From Phycisphaerae bacterium (lineage in GTDB: Bacteria > Planctomycetota > Phycisphaerae > FEN-1346): a stretch of DNA of 64,000 bases. The notes below the pieces were generated by a model. It was not told the origin of the DNA. It searched no databases and worked only from the letters and a program-made list of their open reading frames with translations. How positions within the stretch are numbered: the stretch's first letter is position 1; every line of letters begins with the position of its first letter. The stretch spans positions 34 to 64,033 of the forward strand of contig DATLBA010000076.1 in the NCBI GenBank assembly GCA_035527275.1, given 5' to 3'. Positions 48,000 through 58,629 of this stretch are shown piece by piece. The position numbers and the translations under genes are program-made.

Positions 48000-48144
48000 G
48001 CCGCCGCGACCATAAAACCCAGCATCGTGTAGATCATCGTCCCGGCCCGGTCCCCAAACCGGGCCGTATTATAGCGCCCCGCGGGCGCGGGCCGCAAGCC
48101 TTCGGGTGGGCCATCGGGCAGAGAGCCTGCCACGCCGGGCGATT

Positions 48145-48744
48145 CTACCGGTTCACGGCTCTTCGCTTATAGACGTGGCCGCGCTTCCGGTCCACCGTCA
48201 CCTTGAGAATCCTGTCGCCCTTCTCGATGGTGTCCACCACATCCATCCCGGCGATGACGCGGCCGAAGACCGTGTGTTTGCCGTCCAGGTGCGGACAGGG
48301 GACGTGCGTGATGAAGAACTGGCTGCCGCCCGTGTCCGGCCCGGCGTTGGCCATTGAAATCATCCCGCGCTCGTGCCGCAACCGCGGGCTGATCTCATCG
48401 GCAATCATGTAGCCGGGCCCGCCGCGACCGTCGCCGTGCGGACAGCCGCCCTGAATCATGAAGTTCGGGATTACCCGATGGAACGCCAGACCGTCGTAAA
48501 AGCCTTTCTCTACAAGGTAGATGAAGTTCGCCACCGTGTTCGGCGCGTCGTCCTCCGTGAGTTCCAGAACGATTTCGCCTCTCTCGGTGTGGATTGTCAC
48601 TTGCGGCAATGCGGCATCGCTGATGCCCTTGGTCCGCTCTGGAGAGGTCTCCGGTTCATCGATCGCGCCGCCTTTTTCACACCCCATGGTGGAAACTCCT
48701 ACCAGAAGTCCCAGACTTAACGCAAAACCGATCGGCACGCGCAT
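48145..48744 (-). CDS. ppiB: peptidyl-prolyl cis-trans isomerase, cyclophilin type (lipoprotein)
   Basis: [20 protein letters not shown] and GSQFFIT cyclophilin signatures. Lipobox STMGC. Confidence 0.9.
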   Translation of the reverse strand: MRVPIGFALSLGLLVGVSTMGCEKGGAIDEPETSPERTKGISDAALPQVTIHTERGEIVLELTEDDAPNTVANFIYLVEKGFYDGLAFHRVIPNFMIQGGCPHGDGRGGPGYMIADEISPRLRHERGMISMANAGPDTGGSQFFITHVPCPHLDGKHTVFGRVIAGMDVVDTIEKGDRILKVTVDRKRGHVYKRRAVNR

Positions 48745-48912
48745 GCTTGCCCCTGTTTGTGTCTTGCGGCCCGAATTTTCGTAACGGACCCCACGGTAGT
48801 CCCTCGCAAGACGAAAGACAACAGAATTGCAGGCCGCCGATTTGTCTTGACTGACGCGCGGGACGCAGCATAATCACGCCCTTCGAGGACAATAGACAGA
48901 AAGGAAAAGCCC

Positions 48913-49665
48913 GTGTCTAAACCGATTTGCGTCACCGTGTGGAATGAAGGCATCCATGAGAAAACGGACAAGAAGGTTGCCGAAGTTTACCCCCAGGGAA
49001 TCCACGGCGCCATTGCCGCCCATCTCGGCAAGCAGCAAGGCATCGAGGTCGTTGCGACCGCCACGCTGGAGCAGCCCGAGCACGGCCTGACGGAAGCGGT
49101 GCTTGAGAAGACCGACGTTCTGACGTGGTGGGCCCACATGGCTCACGACCAGGTCGAGGACAAGATCGTCGACCGCGTCCACAAGAGAGTGCTCGAGGGC
49201 ATGGGCCTCATCCTCCTGCACTCGGGCCACTTCTCGAAGATCTTCCAGAAACTCATGGGCACGGGGTGCGGCCTGAAGTGGCGCGAGGCGGCCGAGATGG
49301 AACGCCTCTGGGTCGTCCGGCCCGGTCACCCCATCGCCGACGGCCTGCCGGAATACTTCGAACTTGCGCACACGGAAATGTATGGCGAACTGTTCGACAT
49401 CCCCCAGCCGGACGAACTCGTGTTCATTTCGTGGTTCGAGGGCGGCGAGGTCTTCCGGTCGGGCTGCTGTTGGCATCGCGGCAAAGGAAAGGTCTTCTAC
49501 TTCCGCCCGGGCCACGAAACGTTCCCGATCTACTACGACGAGAATGTCCTCAAGGTCCTCGCGAACGCCGTCCGCTGGGCCGCACCGATCCCCGGCAGCC
49601 CGTTCAGCCTCGGCATTCCGGACATCACGGAACCCTTGAACCCCATCCGAGGCGGCGAGGGTTGA
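48913..49665 (+). CDS. ThuA-domain protein (trehalose-utilisation-like, class I glutamine amidotransferase fold)
   Basis: ThuA-like length and conserved W/H-rich blocks. GTG start with GAAAGGAAAAG upstream. Confidence 0.7.
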   Translation: MSKPICVTVWNEGIHEKTDKKVAEVYPQGIHGAIAAHLGKQQGIEVVATATLEQPEHGLTEAVLEKTDVLTWWAHMAHDQVEDKIVDRVHKRVLEGMGLILLHSGHFSKIFQKLMGTGCGLKWREAAEMERLWVVRPGHPIADGLPEYFELAHTEMYGELFDIPQPDELVFISWFEGGEVFRSGCCWHRGKGKVFYFRPGHETFPIYYDENVLKVLANAVRWAAPIPGSPFSLGIPDITEPLNPIRGGEG

Positions 49666-49861
49666 ACGCTGAAGTCCGCCCCGGCCGCCGACGGCGTCAA
49701 GGTGGGCTGCCCCGAACTCAAACAGGACTGAGAGGCCCGAGCAGCTACCGCCCACAGGCCGGTGCAAACAGCGTCCGCCCCACCGCACGCCACGGAGTGC
49801 GGCGGCTCCTCGGTGTAGCCGTCCCGGGCGGTGATAGGCACTTGCGCAGGAGGGAAAACTC

Positions 49862-50701
49862 ATGATCTTGCTCGGCGGCCCCATCTTTGTGAAAGCGGAC
49901 GATCCCGAGGAGTGGGCCCTCGCCGTCCGGAAGGAAGGCTATTCGGCGGCTTATTGTCCTCTGAAACCGGAGGCCGACGACAAGACCGTTCGCGCCTATG
50001 CCGAGGCGGCGGACCGGCATGGCGTGGTGATTGCAGAAACCGGTGCCTGGTCGAATCCGCTGAGCAGCGACGAGAAAGAGCGTGCGGCGGCGATGGCCAA
50101 GTGCACCGCCATGCTCGACTTGGCGGAGCGGATCGGCGCGCGCTGTTGCGTCAACATTACCGGCTCACGCAGCGAGGGGCACTGGGACGGGCCGGACACC
50201 AAAAATCTGACCGACGAAACGTTCGACAAGATCGTTCAGACCACCCGCTCGATCCTGGATGCGGTCCGGCCCACGCACACTTTCTACACGCTTGAGACCA
50301 TGCCGTGGATGTTCCCCGAGTCGGTTGAAAGTTACCAGCGGCTGATCCAGGCGATCGACCGCCCGTCGGCGGCGGTGCATTTCGATGCGGTCAATCTGGT
50401 CAACTGCCCACGGCGCTACTACGACACGGCCGGGCTGATCCGCCATTTCGTCAACACGCTCGGCCCCCTTATCAAGTCGTGCCACGCCAAGGACATCCGC
50501 ATCGACACGAAGTTGACGCTGCACCTGGACGAAGTCTGCCCCGGAGAGGGCGGACTGGACTACCCCGCTCTGCTTCGGGCACTGGATGCGTTGCCTGGCG
50601 ACGTGCCCCTGATGCTGGAACACCTTCCGGACGAACCAACCTACCGCCGGGCGGCAAACCACGTCCGTCGTGTCGCTCAGCAGGAAGGAATCAAACTGTG
50701 A
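49862..50701 (+). CDS. sugar phosphate isomerase/epimerase (xylose-isomerase-like TIM barrel)
   Basis: AP-endonuclease-2 / xylose-isomerase-like TIM-barrel conservation. AGGAGGG RBS. Confidence 0.75.
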   Translation: MILLGGPIFVKADDPEEWALAVRKEGYSAAYCPLKPEADDKTVRAYAEAADRHGVVIAETGAWSNPLSSDEKERAAAMAKCTAMLDLAERIGARCCVNITGSRSEGHWDGPDTKNLTDETFDKIVQTTRSILDAVRPTHTFYTLETMPWMFPESVESYQRLIQAIDRPSAAVHFDAVNLVNCPRRYYDTAGLIRHFVNTLGPLIKSCHAKDIRIDTKLTLHLDEVCPGEGGLDYPALLRALDALPGDVPLMLEHLPDEPTYRRAANHVRRVAQQEGIKL

Positions 50702-51666
50702 ACGACAACCTCCAGGTGACGATCACCCGCAGGCACTTTGCCGAGTTGGTTGATGCCGGACCGACGCCCTTGCCCGAGGCGGGCGAGGTCGCCGGGCCGA
50801 CGCTATGCTCTCTCGTGAGCCCCGGTACGGAGTTGGCCGACTCCTACGGCGGCGAGAAGTTCCCCGCGACATCCGGCTACGCGGCCGTGTTCGAGGTCCG
50901 ACAGATTGGCGAAGGGGTCGAGGGAATCGCGGTGGGCGACCGGGTGTTCGCCATGGGCAAGCACAGCCAGTACCAGAGGTTTCGCGCCGACCGTGTCATG
51001 CCTGTGCCGGTCGGGCTCGAGCCGCAAGTTGCCTGCGTGGTGCGGTTGATGGGCGTATCGATGACCACACTGGTCACCACGAAGGCAAGGCCCGGCGAGC
51101 GCGTAGCGGTCACGGGGCTCGGACCGGTCGGCTACCTGTGCGCCCAGATGGCGCAATTGTGCGGGTATGAAGTGCTGGCGGCGGAACCCGACGCGGACCG
51201 CCGCGCGATGGCCGAGGCGGGCGGCCTCAAGTGGACCATGAACCGGTTGCCCGTCGAAGATCCCTCGATCGCGGGCACCGTGGCACTGGTCGCCGAGTGC
51301 TCCGGCCACGAGCAGGCCGTCCTGGACGGCTGCAAGGTCGTTCGGCGCCAAGGCGAGGTGGTGCTCATCGGCGTGCCTTGGGCCCGGCGAACGGATGTGT
51401 TCGCACACGCCATTCTTGATGCGGTGTTTCATCGCTATGTGACGCTGCGGAGCGGCTGGGAGTGGAAAATTCCGCTCGAGCGCGGCCCTTACAACCCCGT
51501 CGGCATTTTCGACAACTTCAGCACGGCGCTGCGCTGGCTGGCCGAGGGCAGGATTCCTCTGAAGGGCCTCCTTCAGCCCCATGCGCCGGCCGAGGCCAAC
51601 GAACTCTATCAGGCCCTGTTGCACCGCCGCGCCCCCGGGCTGTTCCACTACTTCGACTGGCGATAA
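50698..51666 (+). CDS. zinc-dependent medium-chain dehydrogenase/reductase (threonine / sorbitol dehydrogenase-like)
   Basis: GTG 50698 (GTGA overlap with the upstream stop; AGGAAGGA RBS). MDR fold with a VTGLGPVG NAD-binding glycine motif. Confidence 0.7.
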   Translation: MNDNLQVTITRRHFAELVDAGPTPLPEAGEVAGPTLCSLVSPGTELADSYGGEKFPATSGYAAVFEVRQIGEGVEGIAVGDRVFAMGKHSQYQRFRADRVMPVPVGLEPQVACVVRLMGVSMTTLVTTKARPGERVAVTGLGPVGYLCAQMAQLCGYEVLAAEPDADRRAMAEAGGLKWTMNRLPVEDPSIAGTVALVAECSGHEQAVLDGCKVVRRQGEVVLIGVPWARRTDVFAHAILDAVFHRYVTLRSGWEWKIPLERGPYNPVGIFDNFSTALRWLAEGRIPLKGLLQPHAPAEANELYQALLHRRAPGLFHYFDWR

Positions 51667-51941
51667 TTGCAGGGCCGGAGCGCCGCGGCGAAGGCGCTCC
51701 TCCAAGTCCCGCCTCACGAAGGCTCCGCAGCCGCTCGGACCTCGGGCCGCAGCAAGGCAGCCCCTACCCAGCCCTCACGCCGCGGGCCTATTTCGCCCGC
51801 ACGTCGCGCCACGTGGGCATTCGCTTACCCTTGCGGCGATGGTAATAGCGAAAGCCCCGATTGGTTGCCAGGTTCATCAGCCGCGCCGCCCGCACCGCCA
51901 TGCCCTTCCTCTCCAGGGCGGACGAGGCTAAAATACGCGGC

Positions 51942-53063
51942 ATGAGCGAAGAGAAAGTTCTGGTGGCGATGTCGGGCGGCGTGGATTCTTCTGTCGCGGC
52001 TCATCTATTGAAGGAGCAGGGCTACTCGCCGGTCGGCGTCTTTATGCGCTCGGGCGTGACCCTCCGCGAGGATGCCGGGTCCCCTGGACGGGTGGGGGTG
52101 CCGCGATGCTGCTCGGCCGAGGACGCCTCGGACGCCCGCCGCGTCGCCGGCCAACTGGACATCCCGTTCTACATGCTGAACTTTGCGGCGGACTTCGAGC
52201 GGCTGATCGACCACTTTTGCGCCGAGTACGGCCGCGGGAGGACGCCCAACCCGTGCATCCTGTGCAACCGCGACATGAAGTTCGGGCGGCTGTTCGAGTA
52301 TGCCGACGCCCTCGGCGCCCGCTGCGTCGCTACGGGGCACTACGCCCGGGTCGAATGGGAGGCGGGTCCCGGCGCGCCGGGACTGAAGCGCGGACTCGAC
52401 CGCGACAAGGACCAGTCCTACGTCCTTTTTCCGCTCCCTCCCGAGCGCCTGGAGCGCGTCCGCCTGCCGCTGGGTGAAATGACCAAAGGGGAGGTCCGCG
52501 AAATCGCGCGGGACCTCGGCCTGGCAGTCCGCGACAAACCCGAAAGCCAGGAAATCTGCTTCGTCACCGGCACCATCGGCGACCTGATTCGACAGCGCCG
52601 GCCGGACCTCGTGCGCCCCGGGCCGATTCTCGACCTTGAGGGGAACGAACTGGGCCGGCACGACGGCATCGTCCATTTCACCATCGGCCAGCGCCGCGGA
52701 CTGGGCATCGCACTGGGTGAGCCGCGCTACGTCGTCGCCATCCGGCCCGAGATGGCGGCCGTCGTCGTCGGCCCCGCCGAAGCGCTCAACCGGGCGGGCC
52801 TCGTGGCGGAGGACGTGGTCTGGCACGAATGCGTTCCGGCCGAACCGATTCGGGCGGAGGTCCAGATTCGCTATCAGCATGCGGCGGCGCCGGCGTGGGT
52901 CACGCGATTGGATGGGTCCTCTGGAACAGACGGGCCCTCAGGGCCGGGCCGCGCGGAGGTCTGGTTCGACGAACCCCAGCGCGCCGTCACCCCCGGCCAG
53001 GCCGCCGTCTTCTACCGCGACGACCGGGTCCTCGGAGGCGGCTGGATTGCCGAAAGCAAGTGA
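51942..53063 (+). CDS. mnmA: tRNA-specific 2-thiouridylase
   Basis: VLVAMSGGVDSSVAA PP-loop. Catalytic Cys pair and MnmA C-terminal domain. Start at ATG 51942. Confidence 0.9.
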   Translation: MSEEKVLVAMSGGVDSSVAAHLLKEQGYSPVGVFMRSGVTLREDAGSPGRVGVPRCCSAEDASDARRVAGQLDIPFYMLNFAADFERLIDHFCAEYGRGRTPNPCILCNRDMKFGRLFEYADALGARCVATGHYARVEWEAGPGAPGLKRGLDRDKDQSYVLFPLPPERLERVRLPLGEMTKGEVREIARDLGLAVRDKPESQEICFVTGTIGDLIRQRRPDLVRPGPILDLEGNELGRHDGIVHFTIGQRRGLGIALGEPRYVVAIRPEMAAVVVGPAEALNRAGLVAEDVVWHECVPAEPIRAEVQIRYQHAAAPAWVTRLDGSSGTDGPSGPGRAEVWFDEPQRAVTPGQAAVFYRDDRVLGGGWIAESK

Positions 53064-54009
53064 CATCGCGGTCATCCACGCCGGAGCCGTCGGAGACATG
53101 GTGCAGGCGCTGCCGACGCTTCGAGCCATTCGGGTCAAGTGGCCCGAGGCCCGCGTCACGCTGATCGGCCGGCCGGAGCGGGGGCGCCTCGCGCAAATGG
53201 CGGGCTTGGTGGATGCGTGCGTGCACATGGACTCGTCGGGCCTGTGGCGGCTGGCGGGCGGCGGGAGGCTGGCGGGTCCCGGCGCGCCGGGATTCGGCCG
53301 GGCCGATCTTGTGATCGATTTTCTCGGGTGCCTTGCCGGGTCTGTGTTGGAAGGCCGACGACGGCCGTTCCAAATCGTTTCGGCTCGTGCGATTCCGCCT
53401 GCGGATTGGAAGGAAAGCGCCGCGGCGTGGATTTTTGGGCAGGTCGCGCCACGCCTCGAGTTGCCGCCGGTTTCGCTCGAGCCCGCGCTTGTGGTGCCGG
53501 CGGCTATCCTTGAAGCGGCGCGCGGCACTCTGGCAGCGAACCGGATCGCAGGCCCGTTCGCGGTCATCCACCCAGGCAGCGGCTCACCGAAAAAGAACTG
53601 GCCGATGGACCGTTTCTCAAGAATCGCGCAGCGCCTGCGCAAGGATTGGGGGCGGCGGGTCGTCTGGCTCCTGGGGCCTGCGGAACAGGAACGCGGCGTC
53701 GCGCCGCCCGTCGCCGAGGGCCAAGCCGTGGTGGCGGACCTTGCTCTTGACGAGGTGGCACCCGTCTTGGCCCTGGCGGACGTCTATGTCGGCAACGATT
53801 CGGGCATCACGCAGGTCGCTGCGGCGGTGCGAACGAACGACGGCGAGCCCACAGCGACGGTGGCCCTTTTCGGCCCATCCGACCCGCGGGTCTGGGCCCC
53901 GCGCGGGCCGCACGTACGCGTGATACGTTCGCCCGACGGGACGATGGCGGCCATCGAAACCGAGCAGGTCTGGCACAAACTCACCGACCTCCTAAGCATT
54001 TCTGAATAG
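53047..54009 (+). CDS. glycosyltransferase family 9 (heptosyltransferase-like)
   Basis: IAVIHAGAVGDMVQALPTLRAIR N-terminal GT9 motif. The only in-frame start upstream of it is TTG 53047, with GGAGG 8 nt upstream; this overlaps the mnmA end by 17 nt. Confidence 0.65.
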   Translation: MPKASDIAVIHAGAVGDMVQALPTLRAIRVKWPEARVTLIGRPERGRLAQMAGLVDACVHMDSSGLWRLAGGGRLAGPGAPGFGRADLVIDFLGCLAGSVLEGRRRPFQIVSARAIPPADWKESAAAWIFGQVAPRLELPPVSLEPALVVPAAILEAARGTLAANRIAGPFAVIHPGSGSPKKNWPMDRFSRIAQRLRKDWGRRVVWLLGPAEQERGVAPPVAEGQAVVADLALDEVAPVLALADVYVGNDSGITQVAAAVRTNDGEPTATVALFGPSDPRVWAPRGPHVRVIRSPDGTMAAIETEQVWHKLTDLLSISE

Positions 54010-54067
54010 CAGACGCGCGGCGGGATGGCTGTCCCACCGCGCGTCATCCGCTCCGGTGCTCTGCTCG

Positions 54068-55975
54068 TCACGGGCCCTCGGGCTGAGGCTCCTCCCCTTC
54101 TGCCTCCGGCAACATCATCGGTTGCTGCTGCTTCATGATCCACTCTATGCGGGCGCCGAACGCTTTGCCCACACGAACCGCGCCGCGGATCTCGGATGCC
54201 GGGACATCGACATCGACACGAAGCGTGCTTGTGTCCAGGCGGACGCCGGCGGTCACGAGTTCGCCGAGTTCAGGCGCCGGCAATTGAGGCGCATCGGGGC
54301 TCTCGGCTTTCGCCCGGACAGGCTCGGGGAGCATCATCAGCATCGAGCGCTCGCCCATCTTTGCGAAGGTGTGGACGCACGTTGGAAGCGACACGAGGAA
54401 CCCGGCGACGGACCCTTGCGGCAGCCGCCGGATGGCGGCGGCGACGCTCGGGTTGTCCGCGATGTCGCCGCCCTGGCCGCGCGCGCTCCGGATGGCCCTC
54501 CCCATCCTCTCGGCGTCACCTGTGGTGACCAGGCCGCGGGTCTCGATCACACAGGAGCGGACCACGAGGCCCTCGGGGCCATACATCGCATCCATCATCT
54601 GATTCATTTGCGCGGCGGCTTCGGGCGGCGCGCCTTCGGGCGGCTGAATCTTCATCTTGAAGCGCATGACGTCCACGTCGGTGCCTTCAATCTGCTCGGC
54701 GGCGGGTTCATAGGTCAGGTCCATCTGCATCCCTGGGCCGCCGGGCATCTTTCCAAGACCGCCCAGGAACGCCTGGGTGAAATCCTTCGTCACTTCCATG
54801 TACTCGCCCATCAGGTCCCGGTATTTCGCTGCGTCCTTGACCTCGAAGGTTTCCGTCAGGCAGCATAAGCCCTCCTCCGGGGTCGGGGGCTCCATGGCGA
54901 GGGCAAAGGACGGCCCCAGCACCGTCGCCCAGTCGTCGAAGGCCGCCCAGAGGTCGTCCACCTTCGTCTGGCTCTCTTCGTCGCCTTCCTCGACGAGGAT
55001 GTCCATCAGAGGCCGAACCAGACCCTTGACGGCCGGCATAGCCGCAGGCCAGTCAATGCGGCCCCACGCCGCCACTAGAAACGCGTCCATCGCCGGAAGG
55101 GCGCCCTTATGCGTGTCCACCGGAAGGCAGGCGCGGGCAATCTCGAGAAGCGGCTCGCCCTCGACCAGGGCGATGTCGATGGCGGCCGCAGCGCCCTCGC
55201 CGTCCGCGTCGAACACCACCTCCAGGCCGGACATCTGGTCGAGGAGGCCGAGGTACCATTCGAACACACGCGTCATTTTCAGCGACGGGTCCTCACCGGA
55301 GGGCACCGGCTCTGCCATTCCCGCCTTCATTTCCTCGAGCGCGGTAGCGGCAAGAACTTTCACACGCCCGATATTCACGCAGGCCCAGACCAGATGCTCG
55401 CGGATCTTCGCCGCCATTTCGTCGGTCACTTTGAACCGCGGTTCGTCGGCCTGGAAGGCTTTCAGGACCTCGAGATTCCGAGAGGTCACCACGTATGGGC
55501 CGACCTCCAGGCAATAGACCGGCGGAGGGCCGGGCATCTCAAACCCTTCCGGGGCGCCGGGCGGGGCAGGCGGCGCCGGCGGCTGCATCTTCAAAATGCC
55601 ATCGCCAACCATTTCGCCGGCCAACTTCGACGGGTCCTTCAGGAGATGAATTTCGGCCGGACCCATGTCCTCGCGGCCACAAACGACAAGGGCCGTAGGG
55701 CCTGCTGTGTCAACCGTCCCGGGCGGCAAGTCCCTTTGCGCCACAATCTCGTCAAGCGCGCCGGGTTCCAGTTCCGGTCCCATCAGCGCTTCAAGGGACT
55801 CCTTCAGCGCCTGTGGGCTGCGAACCGTCACAACGAGCGCCACGTCGGCTGGCGCCTGTGATAAGACCCAGACGATGTCCTTGTTCTGCTGCTGCGCCGC
55901 GGCATCCGCGGTGACGCCCGCCATCGTGATTGCGACAACCGTAACTGCGATAAACCTGTGCGTTTTTCCGAGCAT
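54068..55975 (-). CDS. secreted hypothetical protein (Pro/Glu/Met/Ala-rich, no recognised domain)
   Basis: Signal peptide MLGKTHRFIAVTVVAITMAGVTADA. AAGGAG RBS 6 nt upstream of ATG 55975. 635 aa. Confidence 0.6.
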   Translation of the reverse strand: MLGKTHRFIAVTVVAITMAGVTADAAAQQQNKDIVWVLSQAPADVALVVTVRSPQALKESLEALMGPELEPGALDEIVAQRDLPPGTVDTAGPTALVVCGREDMGPAEIHLLKDPSKLAGEMVGDGILKMQPPAPPAPPGAPEGFEMPGPPPVYCLEVGPYVVTSRNLEVLKAFQADEPRFKVTDEMAAKIREHLVWACVNIGRVKVLAATALEEMKAGMAEPVPSGEDPSLKMTRVFEWYLGLLDQMSGLEVVFDADGEGAAAAIDIALVEGEPLLEIARACLPVDTHKGALPAMDAFLVAAWGRIDWPAAMPAVKGLVRPLMDILVEEGDEESQTKVDDLWAAFDDWATVLGPSFALAMEPPTPEEGLCCLTETFEVKDAAKYRDLMGEYMEVTKDFTQAFLGGLGKMPGGPGMQMDLTYEPAAEQIEGTDVDVMRFKMKIQPPEGAPPEAAAQMNQMMDAMYGPEGLVVRSCVIETRGLVTTGDAERMGRAIRSARGQGGDIADNPSVAAAIRRLPQGSVAGFLVSLPTCVHTFAKMGERSMLMMLPEPVRAKAESPDAPQLPAPELGELVTAGVRLDTSTLRVDVDVPASEIRGAVRVGKAFGARIEWIMKQQQPMMLPEAEGEEPQPEGP

Positions 55976-56155
55976 GCTTTTCTCCTTTAACCCTTTGGCG
56001 CCGGCCCTGAATGCCTACGCGGCACTCGCGCGTTATTCGGCAACAACTGCCGCACCGTAGGCCGGAAGTCCCACCGCCTTCCTATACGCGGGTAGGCATT
56101 GTTCTATCCGCCGATGCCGCACGCCGCCAGACATTTCGGCCCGTGCCGGTTTTGC

Positions 56156-56185
56156 TTGACAGTCGGGTGCCCGGGGGTCTATATT
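56156..56185 (+). promoter_or_regulatory. putative sigma70-type promoter for the phosphoesterase / PEGA-lipoprotein operon
   Basis: TTGACA-18 nt-TATATT about 48 nt upstream of ATG 56234. Confidence 0.4.
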
Positions 56186-56233
56186 GGCGGCGCGAGGCCG
56201 GGGATTCCGTCCCAAGCGTGGCGAGAGGATGCG

Positions 56234-56725
56234 ATGAAACTCGGCGCCATCGCCGACACGCACGATAACCTGCCGGCCATCTCGGCGGCGCTCGGCGTAT
56301 TCGAGCGAGCGGGCGTCGAGGCGGTTCTGCACGCAGGCGATTACGTCGCCACGTTCGCCCTGAAGTGCCTCCTTCAGAGCCGCCTGCCGGTGCACGGGGT
56401 GTTCGGCAACTGCGACGGCGAACGTATGGGTCTTGCGAAACTGTTACCGTCGCTCTGCGCGGGGCCGCGGCATCTGGAACTCGGCGGGAAAAAGGTCTGC
56501 CTCGTTCACGCATGGGAAAGTCTGACACACGAAGACATCGAGGCGTCGGACATCATCATTTTCGGCCACACGCACGAGCCGAAAATCGAGCGCCACGAAG
56601 GGCGGTTAATCGTCAATCCGGGCGAGTGCGGCGGTTGGCTTTCGGGCCGATGCACCGTGGCCATCGTCGATACCGACGCCATGGCCGCCGAAACCGAAGA
56701 GGTCCACGAACAGGCGAGGTCCTGA
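56234..56725 (+). CDS. metallophosphoesterase, YfcE / MJ0936 family
   Basis: DTHDN, GD...GNCD and GHTH metallophosphatase motifs. 163 aa. AGAGGA RBS. Confidence 0.8.
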   Translation: MKLGAIADTHDNLPAISAALGVFERAGVEAVLHAGDYVATFALKCLLQSRLPVHGVFGNCDGERMGLAKLLPSLCAGPRHLELGGKKVCLVHAWESLTHEDIEASDIIIFGHTHEPKIERHEGRLIVNPGECGGWLSGRCTVAIVDTDAMAAETEEVHEQARS

Positions 56726-56727
56726 CC

Positions 56728-57144
56728 ATGAAAACGTCGGCTCATTGGGCGGTGCTGGGCGCCGCGTGTCTGGCGATTACCGGCTGCTACGGCCAGGTTC
56801 ATCGGACCATCACCGTCGAATCCGAACCGCCGGGCGCGCGGTGCTGGCTGAACGACAACGAGGTCGGCCGCACACCCGTCACGGTTCCCTTCACGTGGTA
56901 CGGGACCTACAGCGTGCGGCTCGAAGCGGCCGGCTGCGAGCCGCTCGTGACCGAGGCCAAGGTCCGGGCGCCTCCGTATCAGTGGATCGGACCGGACCTG
57001 GTGTTTGAAACGATCGTGCCCGGCGTCCACTACGACACGCACGCCTTCCGATTCGCCCTGAAAGAGGCCAGGCCGGTGGACCCGGACTCGCTGCGCGAGC
57101 GGGCCGAGGGTCTGCGCAGAGACGCGAAAACCCCTGCGCCGTAA
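56728..57144 (+). CDS. PEGA-domain lipoprotein
   Basis: ITGCYG lipobox. ESEPPGARCWLNDNEVGRTPV matches the PEGA motif. 2-nt gap after the upstream gene. Confidence 0.55.
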   Translation: MKTSAHWAVLGAACLAITGCYGQVHRTITVESEPPGARCWLNDNEVGRTPVTVPFTWYGTYSVRLEAAGCEPLVTEAKVRAPPYQWIGPDLVFETIVPGVHYDTHAFRFALKEARPVDPDSLRERAEGLRRDAKTPAP

Positions 57145-57249
57145 GCGTTGTTCCCGTTCTCGCTTTCAAACGCCGAAGCGCGACGCCCGCAGCCGCAACA
57201 TGGACCCCGTGAACCTGCGAGCGCTGCGCCGGTTGGCAGCACGGTAGGT

Positions 57250-58092
57250 TTACCGCTCCGCGCTACCAGGCAGGGGCGGCGTCCTGTTGCCGGCCAGGCC
57301 CTTTTCGGGCGTGGGCTTCTCGGGAATCTCGAATTCGACCGTCACCGGCTCGGTGCGGTCTTCGGTAATCGTGAGGCCGCCGAGGGCCGGCTCGAACTGC
57401 CACCCCCAGGTCTCCCAAACGCGCTTCGAGACGCGGCGGCGATAAAGGACGCGCGTGCGGAACGGCCGCCATCCGCCATACTTCTTCTCATACGTCCACT
57501 TCTCGATGCGCCAGGTAACCTCGTCGCCCTTGCGCCCGACGAAATCCCGGTCCAGAATCAACTCCATCAGCACCACCGCCACGTCCGCCGTCCCGCGAAG
57601 CGCGAGGATGCGAATCCGGTTCTCGTGGCGCTTCACCTTGAAGACGTGATCCTCGATCCACTGGTGGTCCTCGTCGGTGAACTCGCCCGTCGCCGGCAGA
57701 CCCAGGTCCTCGGTCCGATACTCTGGCGGAATCAGCGCGTCGTACTCCGACAGGACCGGCGTCATGTCCACGCCTTCGAGCCGACCCCACGGCGTGTGGA
57801 CCACGAGGTCATACGTCCCCAGCCGCAGGCCCGCCACATCGAACGCGCCGGTTTCGCGGTCCACCTCCAGGGGAATCTTCAGGTCCATGCTGCGCTCCCA
57901 AAGGAACGCGCCGAGGACGCGTTCGGCCGGCGCAAGTTTCCCCCGAATCGTGCGACCCGGATTGGGCTCCTCGACCGGGGAGGCTTGTGGCGCCTCCGGC
58001 TCGTCGGAGGACTCGGCGCGGACCGCCAGGTATCCGACCGGCAAGGCCATGGCCGCCGCGACAATCACCCCGATTGTCAGGTGACGCTGCAT
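57250..58092 (-). CDS. secreted hypothetical protein
   Basis: Start at ATG 58092 (MQRHLTIGVIVAAAMALPVGYLAV signal / anchor) with GGGAG 4 nt upstream. The upstream extension is Gly/Pro-rich and rejected. Confidence 0.5.
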   Translation of the reverse strand: MQRHLTIGVIVAAAMALPVGYLAVRAESSDEPEAPQASPVEEPNPGRTIRGKLAPAERVLGAFLWERSMDLKIPLEVDRETGAFDVAGLRLGTYDLVVHTPWGRLEGVDMTPVLSEYDALIPPEYRTEDLGLPATGEFTDEDHQWIEDHVFKVKRHENRIRILALRGTADVAVVLMELILDRDFVGRKGDEVTWRIEKWTYEKKYGGWRPFRTRVLYRRRVSKRVWETWGWQFEPALGGLTITEDRTEPVTVEFEIPEKPTPEKGLAGNRTPPLPGSAER

Positions 58093-58236
58093 GAGGTCTC
58101 CCTTGCGCGCATGTGGCCCCGCCGCAGGGCCGCCCCCATTTGACCGCGCCGGAGGTCCGATGGCAACCGTCAAGCCGCCGCAAGGCGGGCACAAATCGCC
58201 TCATGGGTACACCGGTTTCCTCCGGCAGCGCTGCGC

Positions 58237-58629
58237 TTAGCCGCAACCCGCCTTCGTCCGCTCGGTGACCGCCGCCTCGATGCCCACCGGGTCGATATTG
58301 TAGGTCCTCGGGTCGATGTCCACGAAGACCGGCTTCGCCCCCACCCGGACGATGCACCCGACGGTCGCGAAGAAGGTGAAGGGGGTGGTGATGACCTCGT
58401 CGCCGCGGCCGACGCCGAGGCTCATCAGGGCGTTCAGAATCGCATCTGTGCCGCTTGATGCCCCGACCCCGTGCTTACACCCGGCGTAGGTGGTGATGGC
58501 CCGTTCGCACTCGACAACTTTCAGCCCGCCGACGCACCGTTGGCTCTCGAGCACCTCGTCCACCGCCGCCCGCACCTCCTGGCGGATGGTCCGGTACTGT
58601 GCGACCAGGTCCAGCATGGGAACCGCCAT
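58237..58629 (-). pseudogene. truncated DegT/DnrJ/EryC1/StrS-family aminotransferase (N-terminal ~130 aa only)
   Basis: MAVPMLDLVAQYRTIRQEV...GVGASSGTDAILNAL...VITTPFTFFATV matches the N-terminal third of sugar aminotransferases. The frame stops at 58237 after TERTKAGCG, where full-length enzymes continue ~250 aa including the PLP-lysine. Confidence 0.5.

Noticed and set aside
51667-51941. Possible riboswitch / leader upstream of mnmA (TAAAAT 8 nt before the ATG).
   Set aside because: No recognisable conserved riboswitch core; the -35 partner is weak. Left uncalled.
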